Program-made: the position numbers and the translations under genes
Shown: in pieces, positions 26,127 through 39,982 of the stretch
Numbering within the stretch: the first letter of the stretch is position 1
How the letters are laid out: each line of letters begins with the position of its first letter
Source: Eledone cirrhosa
Taxonomy: Eukaryota
NCBI GenBank assembly: GCA_964016885.1
Contig: OZ024741.1
Location: forward strand, 139,872,001-139,936,000
Reading direction: 5' to 3'
Length of the DNA: 64,000 nt
Notes under the pieces: model-generated
Seen by the model: the letters and a program-made list of their open reading frames with translations, nothing else
Told to the model about the DNA's origin: nothing
Database searches by the model: none

Positions 26127-26703
26127 GGGTATCAAAAAATGAAAATGGTATTTATAGGTCTCTACAAGTGGTAGGAGAGGGTGGGGAGTGGGATGGGTGT
26201 AGGTCATTGGTTGATAGAAAAGGGAATTCATTAAAAGCTAATTCTACCAAGCTATAGTTTATTTTTATTTTTATTTATTTATCTTTTTAGAGTAACAAAG
26301 GCAGACAGAATTCTATAAACAGGTTCCGGATGGCATACCATTCCTTGTCATTAAGTTTCTCTTAAGCTAACAGATGTCTATAAGATCAGTGGGGGGTCAG
26401 TCATGGTAGAAAGAATTAAAGAAAAGGGAGATTCTTTAAAAGTTAAAATCATTAAGGTTCTACTAAGTGACAAAGGTTTAGAGAATTCTGTAGACCGATT
26501 CAAAATACTGAGTGCATATCTTACAATTATCTTCGAACTTCTCTTAAACTAATCAACTATATGCCAAAAATCAACAGACACATTCACAAAAAAACACACT
26601 CACTCACACACTCACGCGCAACCATAAACACACATACCCATACACATATACACACATAAAAACACACACACGTATATATAAATATATTCACATACATACA
26701 CAT

Positions 26704-26840
<137 letters not shown>

Positions 26841-26900
26841 CCCCACCCTCTCGTACCACTTGTAGAGACCTATAAATACCATTTTTATTTTTTGATACCC

Positions 26901-26951
26901 AGATTCCTGATGATTTCTAAAGAATGAAACAGTTCTAGTCCTGTAGAATCT
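26901..26951 (+). ncRNA. Type I hammerhead, family D
   Basis: agattc CTGATGA tttctaaagaat GAAA cag-ttctagtc-ctg TA gaatct. Perfect 6-bp stem I; GUA cleavage predicted after 26945. Confidence 0.88.
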
Positions 26952-27504
26952 CATCTATATTAAAACTTTTATACTCTGCTATGTATTGAGTACCTTACTT
27001 ACTGTGGCTACCTCCGATTCAACCCGGAATAACGTATATATATATACAAGCCGGTATGAAATTTTTTTTCTCTCTCTCTCTCGTCTGCGTCTTCACAGAA
27101 CTTATGTTTACCGAATTCGCAGACCAGACCCCTTCTTCTTCCCCCCCGTTAGACCTGTGCGAAATTCCTTCCTCGCTCACATTTCAACCAGGTTTGATGG
27201 TCTTTATTCTCTAGTTCACGGTTTTATCGAGTTTATATTCATAGAAATCTGGGACTTGTCTCTTTCTTCTCACTTTGTGTTGCCTAAACCATTTTGTTTG
27301 TTCACCCTAACGTTCTCTTTATTTACGTGTCCCAACGACTTTTTTTAGCCGTTGTTCGCACCAACCTGAGGTATATGGCCCTTAAAGCGATGAAATGCCT
27401 GGGACGGTTGGAGGGTCACTGATGAAGGACTCACTTTTTCATATGTATCCCATTTGCAACGCAGCAGCTCCATTATTATCATATATATATATATATATAT
27501 ATGT

Positions 27505-27980
27505 GGCGGGTAACATTCCCTACATCCATGGACGAGTTCTCTCCAGTCGTCCCTGTCCTTCATCATCGCTGCCATGTCCTGGACCTACCAGAGACCTATG
27601 TTTCTCCTTAGGGCATCCATATATGTCAACCTTGGTGTCCCTTTTCTAGTGTGTCCGAGCAGGGGCTTCGACAGGAGCACTGACTGCAGTGTCAACTCTG
27701 AAAGTCGGTGATCATGTCCAGCTGACCTCAGTCTTCTCTGTGTTGCTTTCGAGCTGAATTTGAGTGGCTCCCGTACAGCTCTAATTCTTCATCTTCAGTG
27801 TATACTGATTAGTGTACAGAGCCATTCTCAGCATTCTCGTGTAGCACCCGTCCACCAGCTGAATGAGTTTATTGATCAGTGTCCAAGTCGCAGACCCATA
27901 CAGTAGTACAGACTCCATTGTAGCGACGGAGAGACATATCTACAGGTCTTTACGAAGGTCCGACTCCCAGATATATGTGA
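27505..27980 (-). mobile_element. RTE-X-like LINE 3' fragment
   Basis: IWESDLRKDL..ATMESVLLYGSATWTL...DGCYTRMLRMAL and MAAMMKDRDDWRELVHG. Same family type as 13020-13330. Confidence 0.8.
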
Positions 27981-29138
27981 CTTTGTGTATTATTGTAATT
28001 TCGGGGAAAATAACACGATAAAAAAATGTGTTCCATATGTTCGCTCAATCTCCAAACTGCATGTAACACCTATAATTAATTATATCAAATCCATTTCATT
28101 TGCAGCATGCTTTACTCCATATCTCAATATAAAGTAAAATCGGTTCTATCCAAGTTAACCCAACTTGTAAATTATTCTATTTACTCCTAACAACGTTCTT
28201 TAATTGAATGATAATTTCTACTTCTAATAATAGATATTTAACAAATATTATTTAATAAAGATGAAAACATTCAACAGCGTATTTAATACAATAGTTTACT
28301 TGTTGGGGCTAAGCTGTGATAGAGCTAACATCGTTTTATATTCCTCGAGTAGTAAAACATGTGAGTATATAATAGATTTATTTCACTGAACTGTACCTAT
28401 TACATGAAATTTGGGAGCCCGAGACAAGAGAAGAAGCGGGTTATGTCTTCATTGATTATTTTCATTAAACGTAATGAAATGAACTTCAATAATTCTCCCA
28501 ATGGGTAAAACTATAAAATTCTTCTTCATGTACAGATATAAAGACGGGTATTTTTGTGTTATTTCATGTTATTATTTGCAAATACGTAGGATTTCATTGT
28601 ATATCACTGCACAAAACTAATTAAATGAACTTAATCACTGTAACTTTCGTAGCATTAACGGAAACTAAGTTCAACATTGCTTACCTTCGCGCAGTGCACA
28701 GGATTTGCCAACTAGAAAACTGAATCAATAGAGGGCAGGTATTGTTTTGTGTGAAAATGAGTCAGATGAATGAATGCTCTGAATTTCACGAACATTCAAA
28801 ATGAAAACACCTATTTGCATCTCCAGCAAGAATGTTCAAGCTAAAAGCAATACGGGTTATACAATTTGAAGGCCTGCAGCAGATCAAAGATCGCTTGTGT
28901 CATTTTATCTGCCTTGGTTGCACTGAGGCGTACGTGTAACTCTCTACTCGCTAAATATATTTACACGCACTTTTTAAAATATATATTCCGTTGAAGAGTT
29001 TTTAAAACGTCGGAAAAATGCTAAGAAATATTTGATCCGGCTCTTTACATTGTGAGTTTGAATCTCATCGATGCTCACTTTGCCTTTCATGAGAGTTAAT
29101 AAAATAAAGTTCCAGTCAAGTGCCAGTTCGATGTAATC

Positions 29139-29696
29139 CGGTGGTCACCAACCTTTCGGACCACAAAGTTCATAATTTTAAATCCTGCAGAGCACTAATA
29201 CGAATTCGTTTAAAAAGATAGATACATTTGAAAAATAATGATCAGAGAACTTCCATCTTATTAATATGAAATGCGCATATTAAATATAACAAAATTATAA
29301 ATGCTTATGTATAATTTTCTAGCTTTTTCTCACTCAGTGTGTGTTTATTTCATTTGAATCTAAGGTCAAACAAGACATGGCAGCTATGAAAGCCAAATAA
29401 AATAAAACAATCGGATGAGAATCGACATTCTCGGACATTCCTGTTGTGATGGTTGAAACAATACTGTATGTCTATCATATTGCCGATAAGTGGTACATAT
29501 GAGTAAAAGTATTTCATGGATGTTAGTTATTTACTGTGGAGAAACATATGTTTAGGGGTGGGGTTTATGAAATATATTTTAACAGAGTATTATTTTTGTT
29601 TTATTATTGATAAAATAGAAAAATTACAAATAATGTCCAAATTTGTCTGCGGACCACCAACATGTTTCTCTGCGGAGCACAGTTTGGCAACCACTG
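29139..29696. mobile_element. hAT (Charlie-like) MITE nested in a degenerate SINE
   Basis: TIRs CGGTGGTCACCAACCT / AGTTTGGCAACCACTG and an 8-bp TSD ATGTAATC / ATGTATTC. SINE remnants flank it at ~29030-29138 and ~29705-29785. Confidence 0.75.
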
Positions 29697-32540
29697 ATGT
29701 ATTCGGCTCAATCAATATGGGGTCGATATAAACTATTAAATTTCACCCGGCAATTGCTGGCATTGCACCAATGTTAGGAAACAGCATTTTGAATATATTG
29801 ATCTTCCAAGGGATCCGTTGAAAACCTGTGATGCTAGTATTCTTCATGTGTGTGAAATTGAAATCTGAATTCCTAAAAACATATATTTATTAATAATGAT
29901 GTAACACCCATTATTTCCCCAATGTGTCATGGAAGTGCATGAAGTGTAATTACTTTAAGCATGAATCAATATTACTTTGCAAACTTCGATGAAATTTGAC
30001 AATTTTCTGTGGATAGATAACCTATGAGCGTTTCCAACGGAGTACGCCTAGATAATACTAAACATAAGATGGAAAAACAAAGCAATTTTTAAACGTTTAG
30101 GGGAAATCATTTGCATACAAATCTTCATCTGAATCTGTATCACCTGAGAGTTCAGAAGATGCATCGGGTATGATATTTGGTGTGACAATATTGATAAAAT
30201 GAACAGATCGTACAATACACTAAGCTTCAAATATTACCTGATTCGAAATCAGGACACTATCACCGCATACCCGTAGCATGCCCCAAGTTTAATGACAAAT
30301 CAGTAAAAGGCTAAAATAAAAATACAATAAAAAATTTCACAACAAATTAGCAAAATATGAAAGACATGAAATGCTACTAAAACCACGCTTTATATGAAGT
30401 GATGTCTTACGCCTTAGTCACGTTTCCATTTTGTACGTTTAACAATTAACCGTTGAATACATGAAAAGAGAGACTGTCCTGTGATTGATTGCTCTTTTAG
30501 AAATCTGCATAAAGACACAATTAAACAGCTTTAACTGACCGATAATATTTTCGTAGTTTAAAGCAAGCAGTATTGACATGTAGAAAATACTTACGAATAG
30601 AAAAACTCATCAGGTATTTATACAAAAGGATGATGAACGATAAATGTTAACAATCGTAGACGTTATTGCTCCTAATGGCATACTCTAGTCAACTTAAGTC
30701 ATCGCTACAATAGGAAGACTTGGCAACAGGTCAATACCAATTGATTGATTCTTAGAGAAGTTCAAATTATTTTTATATTCTGTAACTCTGTGACTAAACA
30801 ATAACCGATAGGCTTACTTCGCTTTGACTTTATTGCGTTTTTTATTGATTAAGCATAGATCAGCCCTGATCGCATAGACCATTTTATAGCATTCTTTTAT
30901 TATTATTTAGTAGTGCATACCAATGTCAAGGAGATAAATGGATATCTCTCTGTCTAAATTGATTTGGAGGAAAAGTATATACCCTTGAATGTTTTCATTT
31001 TAGATTTCATTTCACATCATTGTAATGTTATCTCTGGCAATGTAACACGTAATGCGATTTTTAAAATGTTGTATTATTAATATCACTATCAGACTATAAG
31101 AATGCAGACTTATTTATCACTATAGAAACTATTAGTTGAGCTTTCAAAGCATTTTTATTATGTTTATACTAAAATTTTATGGAAAGAGATCTTCCTTTTT
31201 AAAACCACTCATCTCATCATTGTTTGCTCTGACAAATTATAGGGACATATACATTTAATTATATCACCTACTTAACTCTTATCTGCATTCTTTCTTCAGA
31301 AAACTTTTTTTCATTTCAGTGTTCATAATGTCTTTCTAGAACTTTTTACAACTAACAAGATTTTATGGGTTTTTCTTCATCATGTTCTCCTCCCGTCGGA
31401 ATACAATTCTTTGGCTGATTGTTTCTGCTTAGTTCAATTTTGTGTTTACTTTTTTTATTGCAGCGCAACCGCACTTCATCAAACCTGACAACATGGTTAC
31501 ACAGTGTCAATTAAAAGTTGTACATTCAATAGCTAAATTATTTTGTGTAGACCGTTAGGGAGTTAAAATAAATGCTGGGCGTGAATAACCTTCAATCATA
31601 GACCTTTACACAAACTTATTTTAAAAACAAAGATTATATTTATGTTAATACTAGATTAGGGCCGAAATCAAAAATGACATTATTTGAGTTTATATAAAAC
31701 TGTACAAATCTAGATTATATAAAGGAATACCTGGGTCACATGAAACTAAAAAACAAACGCAATTGTTAATTTTATGTGCTGAGCTTCTTTTGGTTCCGAA
31801 GGCTGGTCAGCATTCTGGTGAAATTAATGTGCAAGTATTAGAGTAATGAAGAGAATCGTGTACTTTTAATATAGTTACCAGAAATATACTGTGTGGTAGT
31901 TTGTTATAATGTTAGCCCTTTAAATCGATGGTAGAACGTAATTCTACCAGCACAATTATCTAGATAATATGACTGAAAAGTTCTTGTTTAAGTACACATC
32001 GTGTGGCAGGAAATTGAAAACCGACTTTACGACGGTGAGCCGACCACCACAAACACAAATTCCCGTTCCTTAACATGATAGGACTGGGAATATATTTCGC
32101 ACGAATAAGATCCCGACTTTTTATGAAATATTCTGTAAATGAAATGTGACATTGGATGTCCTCATATTTTCTTTATCTATTTTTTTATGTTTGTAAGATT
32201 ACTTAAAAATATAGATGAAAAATATATTATATATGAGTGATGAGTGTTAGCCAAAAATATACATTTCGTTTTCAATTTAGATAATATTTTTGAGTAATAT
32301 TATAACTTCCATATCTTATAATCGTTATTTCGTCCTTGAAATCCCAAAGGCCATCACGAAGTTACACATGTTTATTGATTGTGTTCTTTATTTTCTGACT
32401 AAGAAATAGGAGAAAATATAATCTTTGTGTAATTTAGAAATCTGGAAAAACAATAATACTGTACAAACTGAGGTGATTTCGAAGACATTGCAAACGTTTT
32501 AAAATTTGAAATTCTATTTATATTTCTTATGAAAACCTGC

Positions 32541-32659
<119 letters not shown>

Positions 32660-34251
32660 GGTTACACAACAGTTAGTTCACCATACCGATAACAATTGTT
32701 TCACTTTAGCGGATCCTCAGCTCGTAATGTACATGGTATACGGAACGGGAAGGAGAACCGCGTGAACGCGCATGCGCAGAAACGGTCACTTCACTCCGGC
32801 ATTACTAAATTGCATGCAAGAGGTGTAAGGGAGATAACTGCGAAAGTCCGAACGTTTCTAGTTGACAAGAAAATTAGGATGTTGTATTAATTTAATCCGG
32901 AGCTTTGTAGATATGTAAGAGGTGATTCCAGACGTGTGAACAACGTGTGAAAAATTCATGTCTTGAGTTTAGGCAATCCCATGGACTGAGTGTTCTACCC
33001 CTACGGATATTACCTTCCAGTGTTCTACTACTATATATATATATATATATATATATTACCTATAACATAATCGAATAGGTCGAGTACATTACGGTTGGAT
33101 ACTTTAAAACGCGGACGGGGATGTCTTGGTGAATGAATATGGGCACTGTGTCTTCAAAAGTAAACAACCTCACATATTCAACTATTGTATAGTTAACGTG
33201 CGTTGTAATACCTTTTACATAATAAGATAATCTATATATAATAGGATTATGAGAATATAAATGGAACCTTCATTGATTAATTTTCAATAGGATTTGGTAA
33301 ATAAGAAAAAGCAAGTAGTCAGCGAATTAATGTTGAAGAACTATGATATTACGACTATGATAAATAGCAGACAGCCGCTCTCTTTAGAGCATTGTTTCTG
33401 TTCGTCATATTGTATGTTTTTTAATTACGTGTTTTAAAATATCCACTTATTGGTCACGTCTACTGCAAGCATTAAATTGCCAACCAAAAGAAATGCAGCA
33501 ACACACACATATATATATATATATATATCATCATCATCAGGTCGAGCTTGCTCGGCTTTCTACGGCACGTTTCCTCCATCCATCTCTGTCTCTCATAGCG
33601 TTTGCCAGTTCTTCCGCAGTGCATCCAGTATCGTCCTGTGTGTGGGCGTGTGTATGGAAGTGTATGTGTAGATGTTTGTGTATGTACATACTCACACATA
33701 CGTTTTTTCTTAAAGAACACTGTATGTAATGAAAAGATAAATAGGTGATTCTATGTATTTTTCTATCGAAATGTTAATAAAATATATATCTTAAAATAGA
33801 CTTTTCAACAACGTATCCAATTTTCTCTCGATACTTTCTAGATTTAGTGTGTTTTCAATTCCCCGTTGTTTGATTCTATTCTTGTTACATGCAATTATAT
33901 TAGAGTTTTTTTATGCTTCACCCCGATATGTAATAATTATTAAGTCTCTTTGCTAATAAACTATTTGTGTTGTAGCGTGGTAGCACCATATATTAATATA
34001 ACTAATGCTATTGGTTCTTTAATTTTGGCCATTTCTTAGACAATATAATCGTTGGGGAAATAAGGTGGGAGATGTATAACACGGACATTAGAACGTCCTG
34101 TGAGATTAAACACTGTAAACAAAGGGTAAAAGAAAATACACGAGGTGTAAAAATAGAGCTACAAATTTATTAAGAAAACGTGGACAATGAAAATATGTAC
34201 GCAGACTGAGAAATCAATGATCTGACGTTTCAGGTGGAGAAATTAAGCAGT

Positions 34252-34443
34252 AATAATTATTTCTACTTTTGGCACAAGGCCAGCAAAGACCAAGTGAATT
34301 ACTTGTACTTGATTTTATCGACCCCGTAAGGATGAAATGCAAAGTTAACCGCGGCGGGATTTGAACTCAGAATGGCAAGGACCTTAACTCTATGCGTCAA
34401 AGCATGACGTCCGACCCTCTACCGATACTTCCAATCCACCGCA
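34252..34443 (-). mobile_element. tRNA-derived SINE
   Basis: Same family as 3657-3840; A/B-box head and core present. Confidence 0.85.
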
Positions 34444-35539
34444 GTAATAATGAAATAAAAAATGTATTGGAACCAAAAGAAAATCGATGTATCCATATGA
34501 CCAGACTAGATATGTCAAAATTTGAAATGATTTCATTTGGGAGAAGAGATGTTCCAATTTTAAGGTTAGTCCAGGTCACTCAATCATCGGGCACCTGCCC
34601 CGTGTATACTTCAGAGGACGGAATATGTGAATGTATCATTGCAGCTATTCAACATCCTTTCACTTATTGTTACTACCATCTGATATATGCGTCATGTAGT
34701 TCTATACACTATTGCGGTATGTGAGGAACGTGTATTCATCTCCTATTATTGGTACTGTTTCGTCTCTTTAAACCAAATATATAAACACTTATATATTCAA
34801 TTTGGTTCTTTAAATTGTGATTTTAATGTATTTCTAGGTTCGAGTGGAGGTGATCCTGTGTAAGCGTTGTCTAGAAAATTGCGATCAAATATAGTATGAT
34901 CGAACACATTCCAGACATCAATCGTTACACTAGATACTTTATATCTTCAATAGAGTGATGTATTCTTAGGAATAGTTTCCTCATACAGAATCTTAAATGA
35001 ACGTACATCCTTATTTATATATTTTCCTTTATGTTCCAATCCACAGTAGACACCTTTAAGGTGTTTGCAAATATTTTAGCTTCCGTGCAATTACATAATT
35101 CTCTGTTGATGTGTCAACAGTAATCTTTATTCAATGACAAGCTTGGGAATTCCTTTTATATCTCCTTTATGTGATTTAACGTGATCGGAATAAATCAGAG
35201 AGAATTGCGGGATCATAGCGTTAGACTAAATCGGTAAAAAAGAATGATTATGATTTAACTGTAATCTAATGAATTTGTTTATGAACGGCAGGGTAGCCAA
35301 AGTGTCTATTAAACAACTAAAGTTCAATGGATTACAAACAGTGTAACTGAAATAGTCAGAATTGGTATGCGGATATATTATATTTATAACACGAAAGGAG
35401 ATTTTTCGTTATATCAGAAGTATATTCCCAAATAAGATTGAGAGGAGAGCATTTGCTGAATTGTGTGAATGCTGGATGATCGAGAATTATTATGTTTCAG
35501 AAATTAAATGTAATTTATTCCAAGTGTATATGTAGAAAG

Positions 35540-36080
35540 CTAAGTACAAAAGTGATGTAAGTATAATATAAAGGAAATAGAAAGAGAAGAAAGGAAAAAA
35601 AGAAGAAAAAAGGAAGAGAGAGTGAGAGAGAGGGGGGGGGGGAGAAAGAGAAACAGAGAGGGAGAGAACCCCGATCAAGAACGCTGTCAAAACGAAAATA
35701 GCTGCAAACAACGGTCAACAAATAAATTGATGAGGCGTACCACAGACGGTATTCAAACACCAGAGGTCCAAATACAGAAACTGGGCACATTACCCCACAT
35801 TCGGTTCAATGTATTCCTTTCTTCTCTTTCTTTTTCCTTTTTCTCCTCTTCTTTCCTTTTCTTCTGTTTGCCTATCTGTTTCATGCTATAGTATTGGCAC
35901 TTGTATTTATGTCGTGTGTGGACTTGGCTATTTCCTGTAGGCGGGTGCTGTTGTGCCTCATATCATGTTACATTTTTTGTCTGATGAGAACGCAATTTTT
36001 GTCCCAGGATGATTTTGTATTCGAAATGCGCGTAATAAAATGTAGGGAGCTCTTTTATTTTCTTCTTTATTATATATACA
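35540..36080 (+). mobile_element. PLE 3' remnant (GIY-YIG C-terminus, UTR, HHR) with an inverted tip
   Basis: IQKLGTLPHIRFNV resembles the Neptune-type EN end (WIxxLxTLxPxGLN). 35558-35587 is roughly the inverse of 36049-36079. Confidence 0.55.
35969..36044 (+). ncRNA. Minimal type I hammerhead
   Basis: tacattttttgt CTGATGA gaacgcaa...ttgtattc GAAA tgcgcg TA ataaaatgta. Self-complementary stem III as in dimerising PLE HHRs. Confidence 0.78.
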
Positions 36081-36154
36081 CCAGTTCTACCAACTGTTCA
36101 GTGCTACTTACCTGATAGATGCATAGTTTTATTGTTCTACAATATTACTAACCT

Positions 36155-36590
36155 TCTATATATATATATAAAGTTGTATTCCTGTCTGTTTGTTTGTTCA
36201 CGAACTACTTGGAGATAGACCCCCTTAGCCATATATATTCTGAAACCACATTGCCCAGCTTACATGGATAGGTATATGTTATTTTAATCAAAGGGCTCCC
36301 TGAGGGCACAAAACCCCCGCTGAAAATGTTTTCCCTTCGATTTATATGAAATTTAAACCATAGGTAAATGTCAAGATATGATGTCTATTCAAAAAACTTT
36401 GGAATTGATATTTAAAAAAAAATTATTTACAAGAAACAAAATAAGAATGATATTTAATTATGCAATTTTGATTTATATATTACAAAAAGTAATATTTTCC
36501 AATTGTTCATGCATTGCATTTTACATTGAATAATATTGAAATGCAGAGTTTTTCTCCATAAATTATATCACTGATCAAAATCAGTTTGCC
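36155..36590 (+). mobile_element. 5' part of a non-autonomous Helitron-like element
   Basis: Head TCTATATA...TGTCTGTTTGTTTG. 36280-36590 is homologous, inverted, to 37815-38135. Confidence 0.5.
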
Positions 36591-36764
36591 TGTGTGTGTA
36601 TGTGCGTGTGCGTGTATATATATATATATATATATATATACATACATAATGCACACACACACACAGTCACACACATATATATATATATATGTGTCTGTGT
36701 GTGTATTATGTATATATGTATATATATATATATATATATAATACACACACACACACACACACAA

Positions 36765-36871
36765 ATATATATTGAGTTAGAAACTCAGAATAGTCCCTTA
36801 AAATTAAAATACCTCAAGGAAAAAATGTTCCGAGACGTGTAATATAATTTAATATAATAAAGAGAGATAAC

Positions 36872-36963
<92 letters not shown>

Positions 36964-37146
36964 ATAACTGGTATATATCTTGTAAATTCTATATAACTGC
37001 TCTGTAGAACAACTGATGTTGTTACATTGAGCTATTTATCTTACTGGTAATAAGGTAGTAATAAATTACTGACCTTCACTGTTTAGGGTTTAAAATATAT
37101 ATAACTATAAAAAGTTTTATTATATACATAACCATAAATAGTATCC

Positions 37147-37195
<49 letters not shown>

Positions 37196-37759
37196 TGTGT
37201 GTGTGTGTGTGTGTGTTCAAATCATAAGTGACCAGATTCGCTAGCGTGAATAAGATACTAACTATGAACAATACGGTTTGCGAGACTCAATTAAAAGAAT
37301 AAATTATGGAAAAGTACAAACCGACTCGTGATAACTAGGCAGTCTTTGGCTAGACTGTTTCGCATCAAGTGAAGGGAATTACCAATTCTATTGCTCTTCA
37401 GTGGATGTAGGAATTAGTAAACCTTTCATTTCTAGGTTTCTTAGAAGACTAAATGAAGCGCGTGTTTAGAATAACACCCCTGGCATTCAGTGCCTAGCGT
37501 GTCTTCGTAAAGGTTATGCTACTAAAAATGGCAGCCATGTTCACTCGACATTTAATAAGCTCTACAAATTTCAAGGAACTATATTTATCAAATGTATATA
37601 TTGAGTTAGAAACTCAGAATAGTCCCTTACAATTAAAATGGCTCAAGGAAAAAGATTTCCGAGTCATATAATATAATTTAATATAATAGAGATAATCTGG
37701 TCCCTTATGATTTGAACACGTATATGTATATATCTGTGTTTATCTCTCTTTATTATATA
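36765..37759. mobile_element. Element with ~100-bp direct repeats (36765-36872 and 37596-37697) and short inverted tips
   Basis: ATATTGAGTTAGAAACTCAGAATAGTCCCTTA occurs twice. GTGTTCAAATCATAAG (37213) is inverted at 37704, and 37737-37758 inverts 36852-36872. Confidence 0.6.
37333..37407 (-). ncRNA. Decayed hammerhead motif
   Basis: rc: CTGAAGA gca...tgc GAAA cagtct-agccaa-agactg CC. Perfect 6-bp stem III, but U16.1 is lost and stem I is poor. Confidence 0.45.
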
Positions 37760-38275
37760 CTAGCCGAATTACTCACGCCTTGTTCATTTCACACATTTTT
37801 TTGTAAGAAAATGATGATTGATTTTAAATCTGTGATAAAATGTATGGGGAAAAACTCTGTATTTCAATATTACTCAATGTAAAATGTATGGCATGAAAAA
37901 TTTGAAAACATTATTTTCTGTAATATATCAAATCAAAATTACATTATTAAATCTTATTCTTATTTTGTTTCTTGTAAATAATTCTTTTGATAAAATCAAT
38001 TCAACACATTTGTGAATAGGCATCATATCTTGTCATTTACTCACGGTTTAAATTTCATATAAATAGAAGGGACAACATTTTCAGCGGGGGTTTCTGTGGG
38101 CATTTAAGCCCCCGGTGAACCCTTTGATTAAAATGAAATATACGTAAGAAATCAAATGGGCATGAGTCCCACACACGTGTCAAATTTCATCAAGATCCGT
38201 TTGGTAGTTTTTGAGTTTTAGGTTCACAAACAAACACATACACAAACAGAGAGTAATTGCCATTTATGTATATAT
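37760..38275 (-). mobile_element. Non-autonomous Helitron-like element
   Basis: Minus strand ends ...GGCGTGAGTAATTCGGCTAG|T. The 5' region has TGTTTG repeats and the AACGGATCTTGATGAAATTTG motif. Confidence 0.55.
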
Positions 38276-38284
38276 CTATAATAT

Positions 38285-38490
38285 ATAACGGAGGAGTTGT
38301 GGTAAGAAACCGGATGGACCATTAGGCACCACAATACTCAATACTTAGGGTAGTAGAGTGGGTAATAGGAGAAAGTATGACCCCGACAGCAGAGCTCAAG
38401 CCGTTTCGACGACTATTCCTGGACTAATGTAGTCCAGAAATAGCCGTGAAACGGCTTCAGCTCTGCCGTTGGGGTCATACTTTCTCCTAT
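38285..38490. repeat. Extra tandem and inverted terminal repeats of PLE family A
   Basis: 38285-38427 repeats 38530-38671 directly. 38430-38490 is an inverted copy, forming a ~125-bp hairpin. Confidence 0.9.
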
Positions 38491-38492
38491 AA

Positions 38493-38529
<37 letters not shown>

Positions 38530-38532
<3 letters not shown>

Positions 38533-39982
38533 CAAAGGAAAAGTGGTAAGGAACCAGATGGACCATAACGCACCAGAGTACTCAATAGTTAGTGTAGTAG
38601 AGTGGGAAATAGGAAAAAGTATGACCCCGACGGCAGAGCTCAAGCCGTTTCGACGGCTATTTCTGGACTAAATTAGAATTTTTAGCCTGGTGAATAAATA
38701 GCCGAACTTGTCAAGGGGGTACTTCCTTATATGGGGAGATTGTAGTTGTCAAGAGGATTGGTTAACATTTTTTGTAAACACAAATAAGTCTATCATGGCA
38801 TTCGCTGGGAGGTAACAATAGGGGAGTGAGTGGAGTGGTCAGGCGTTGAAAGTGATATGTATACACCAGAATCTAAGGATAGTGTATGAATTGGAGGAGG
38901 GAGAATATAGAATAGGTAAATCGAATGAGAGTAGGAGATAATAAAAGATACTAGAAATAAATAAAAAAATATATAAAATTAGATAGTGAGAAATTAATAA
39001 AAAAAATCACAATGCTATCTTACAGTTACAGGTTAATAAGTTGAGAATAGAAAAAACTTGTAGAAATTACAAAACTGAAAAAAAACTAAAGGGGTTGAAC
39101 TCATCTGCTATAAGTAGTTAGTAAAACGTATTAGGCCAATTATATCTTAAAATTACAGGGTTGGGGGATGCTACAGAAGACTGATGGGCTGCATCGGGGT
39201 AGGCGAAAGGGGAAAAGCAGACGAGGAAGAAAATAGGGGTGGAACGAAATGATAGGATCAGACAGGGGGAAGAAGAAGACAAAGAGGAAAAGAAAAGAGA
39301 TACAACTACCTATGTAAGCTGGGGTTTCCCCTAACTTATTCGGCATGGGGGGGGGACATCAGCCTTTGTCTACCCACCCCGGTCGTTATGGGGTTTGAGG
39401 GCGAGGTATGTCCTACGCAATATGTGTTTGCATGCGGTTACTAGTTCGTCTTTCTTGTTTAGGAGTTGGTCCTTCGAAAACAGCATTTGTAATGTTTCCT
39501 CCGAGCATAAGTTACACGGACGGGGTCCTCTCCTGTAAGCGTTAGCTCTAGACAGTAAGCTCCAAGTGAGATTGTATATCATTATCTTGGAGGTCCCAGA
39601 TGTGGTCCGAACGTCGCCAGACCAGGCATGTTTCGGAAAGTATGACGGTGTTGGTAGAACCGGGTCTTGAAATCACACGCGTTTAATCCAATATAAGCTT
39701 TGTTGGAGGTATCCGTCCTCACGTTGCACTGGTAGATCACGTTACGTTCTCTGCATTTGTTGTTGAGGGGGCAAGTATATATATCAGGGAAGTTACACCT
39801 CCTGGTCGGCTCTCCACTGATGTCTAGGTTATTTCTTCCATAGGGGCTGAGTTTTTTGTTGTTTGAGGAGACGATGTTTTGTGCGAAGTTAGGTGTGGTG
39901 CTGTAAGAGAGTTCGATGGTGTTTTTCTTGATTATATTGTGGTAGCGGTGTTGTAGTGGGAAGTGTTTTTTGAGGAGTCTAA
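38530..39982 (-). mobile_element. 5'-truncated PLE family A copy (GIY-YIG, frameshifted)
   Basis: HFPLQHRYHNII..SYSTTPNFAQNI..CNLCSEETLQMLFSKDQLLNKKDELVTACKH is nearly identical to the 18234-19175 protein. Flanked by (TA)n. Confidence 0.92.
38624..38720 (-). ncRNA. Type I hammerhead with U3-A8 core (family A)
   Basis: rc: accccc TTGACAA gtt-cggctattt...aaatagccg-tc GAAA cggc-ttgagctct-gccg TC ggggt. Confidence 0.8.

Noticed and set aside
31320-31435. Possible next receptor exon (LQLTRFYGFFFI after an AG)
   Set aside because: In-frame stops, no TM1 proline or SWVSFW motif, and no suitable donor site.
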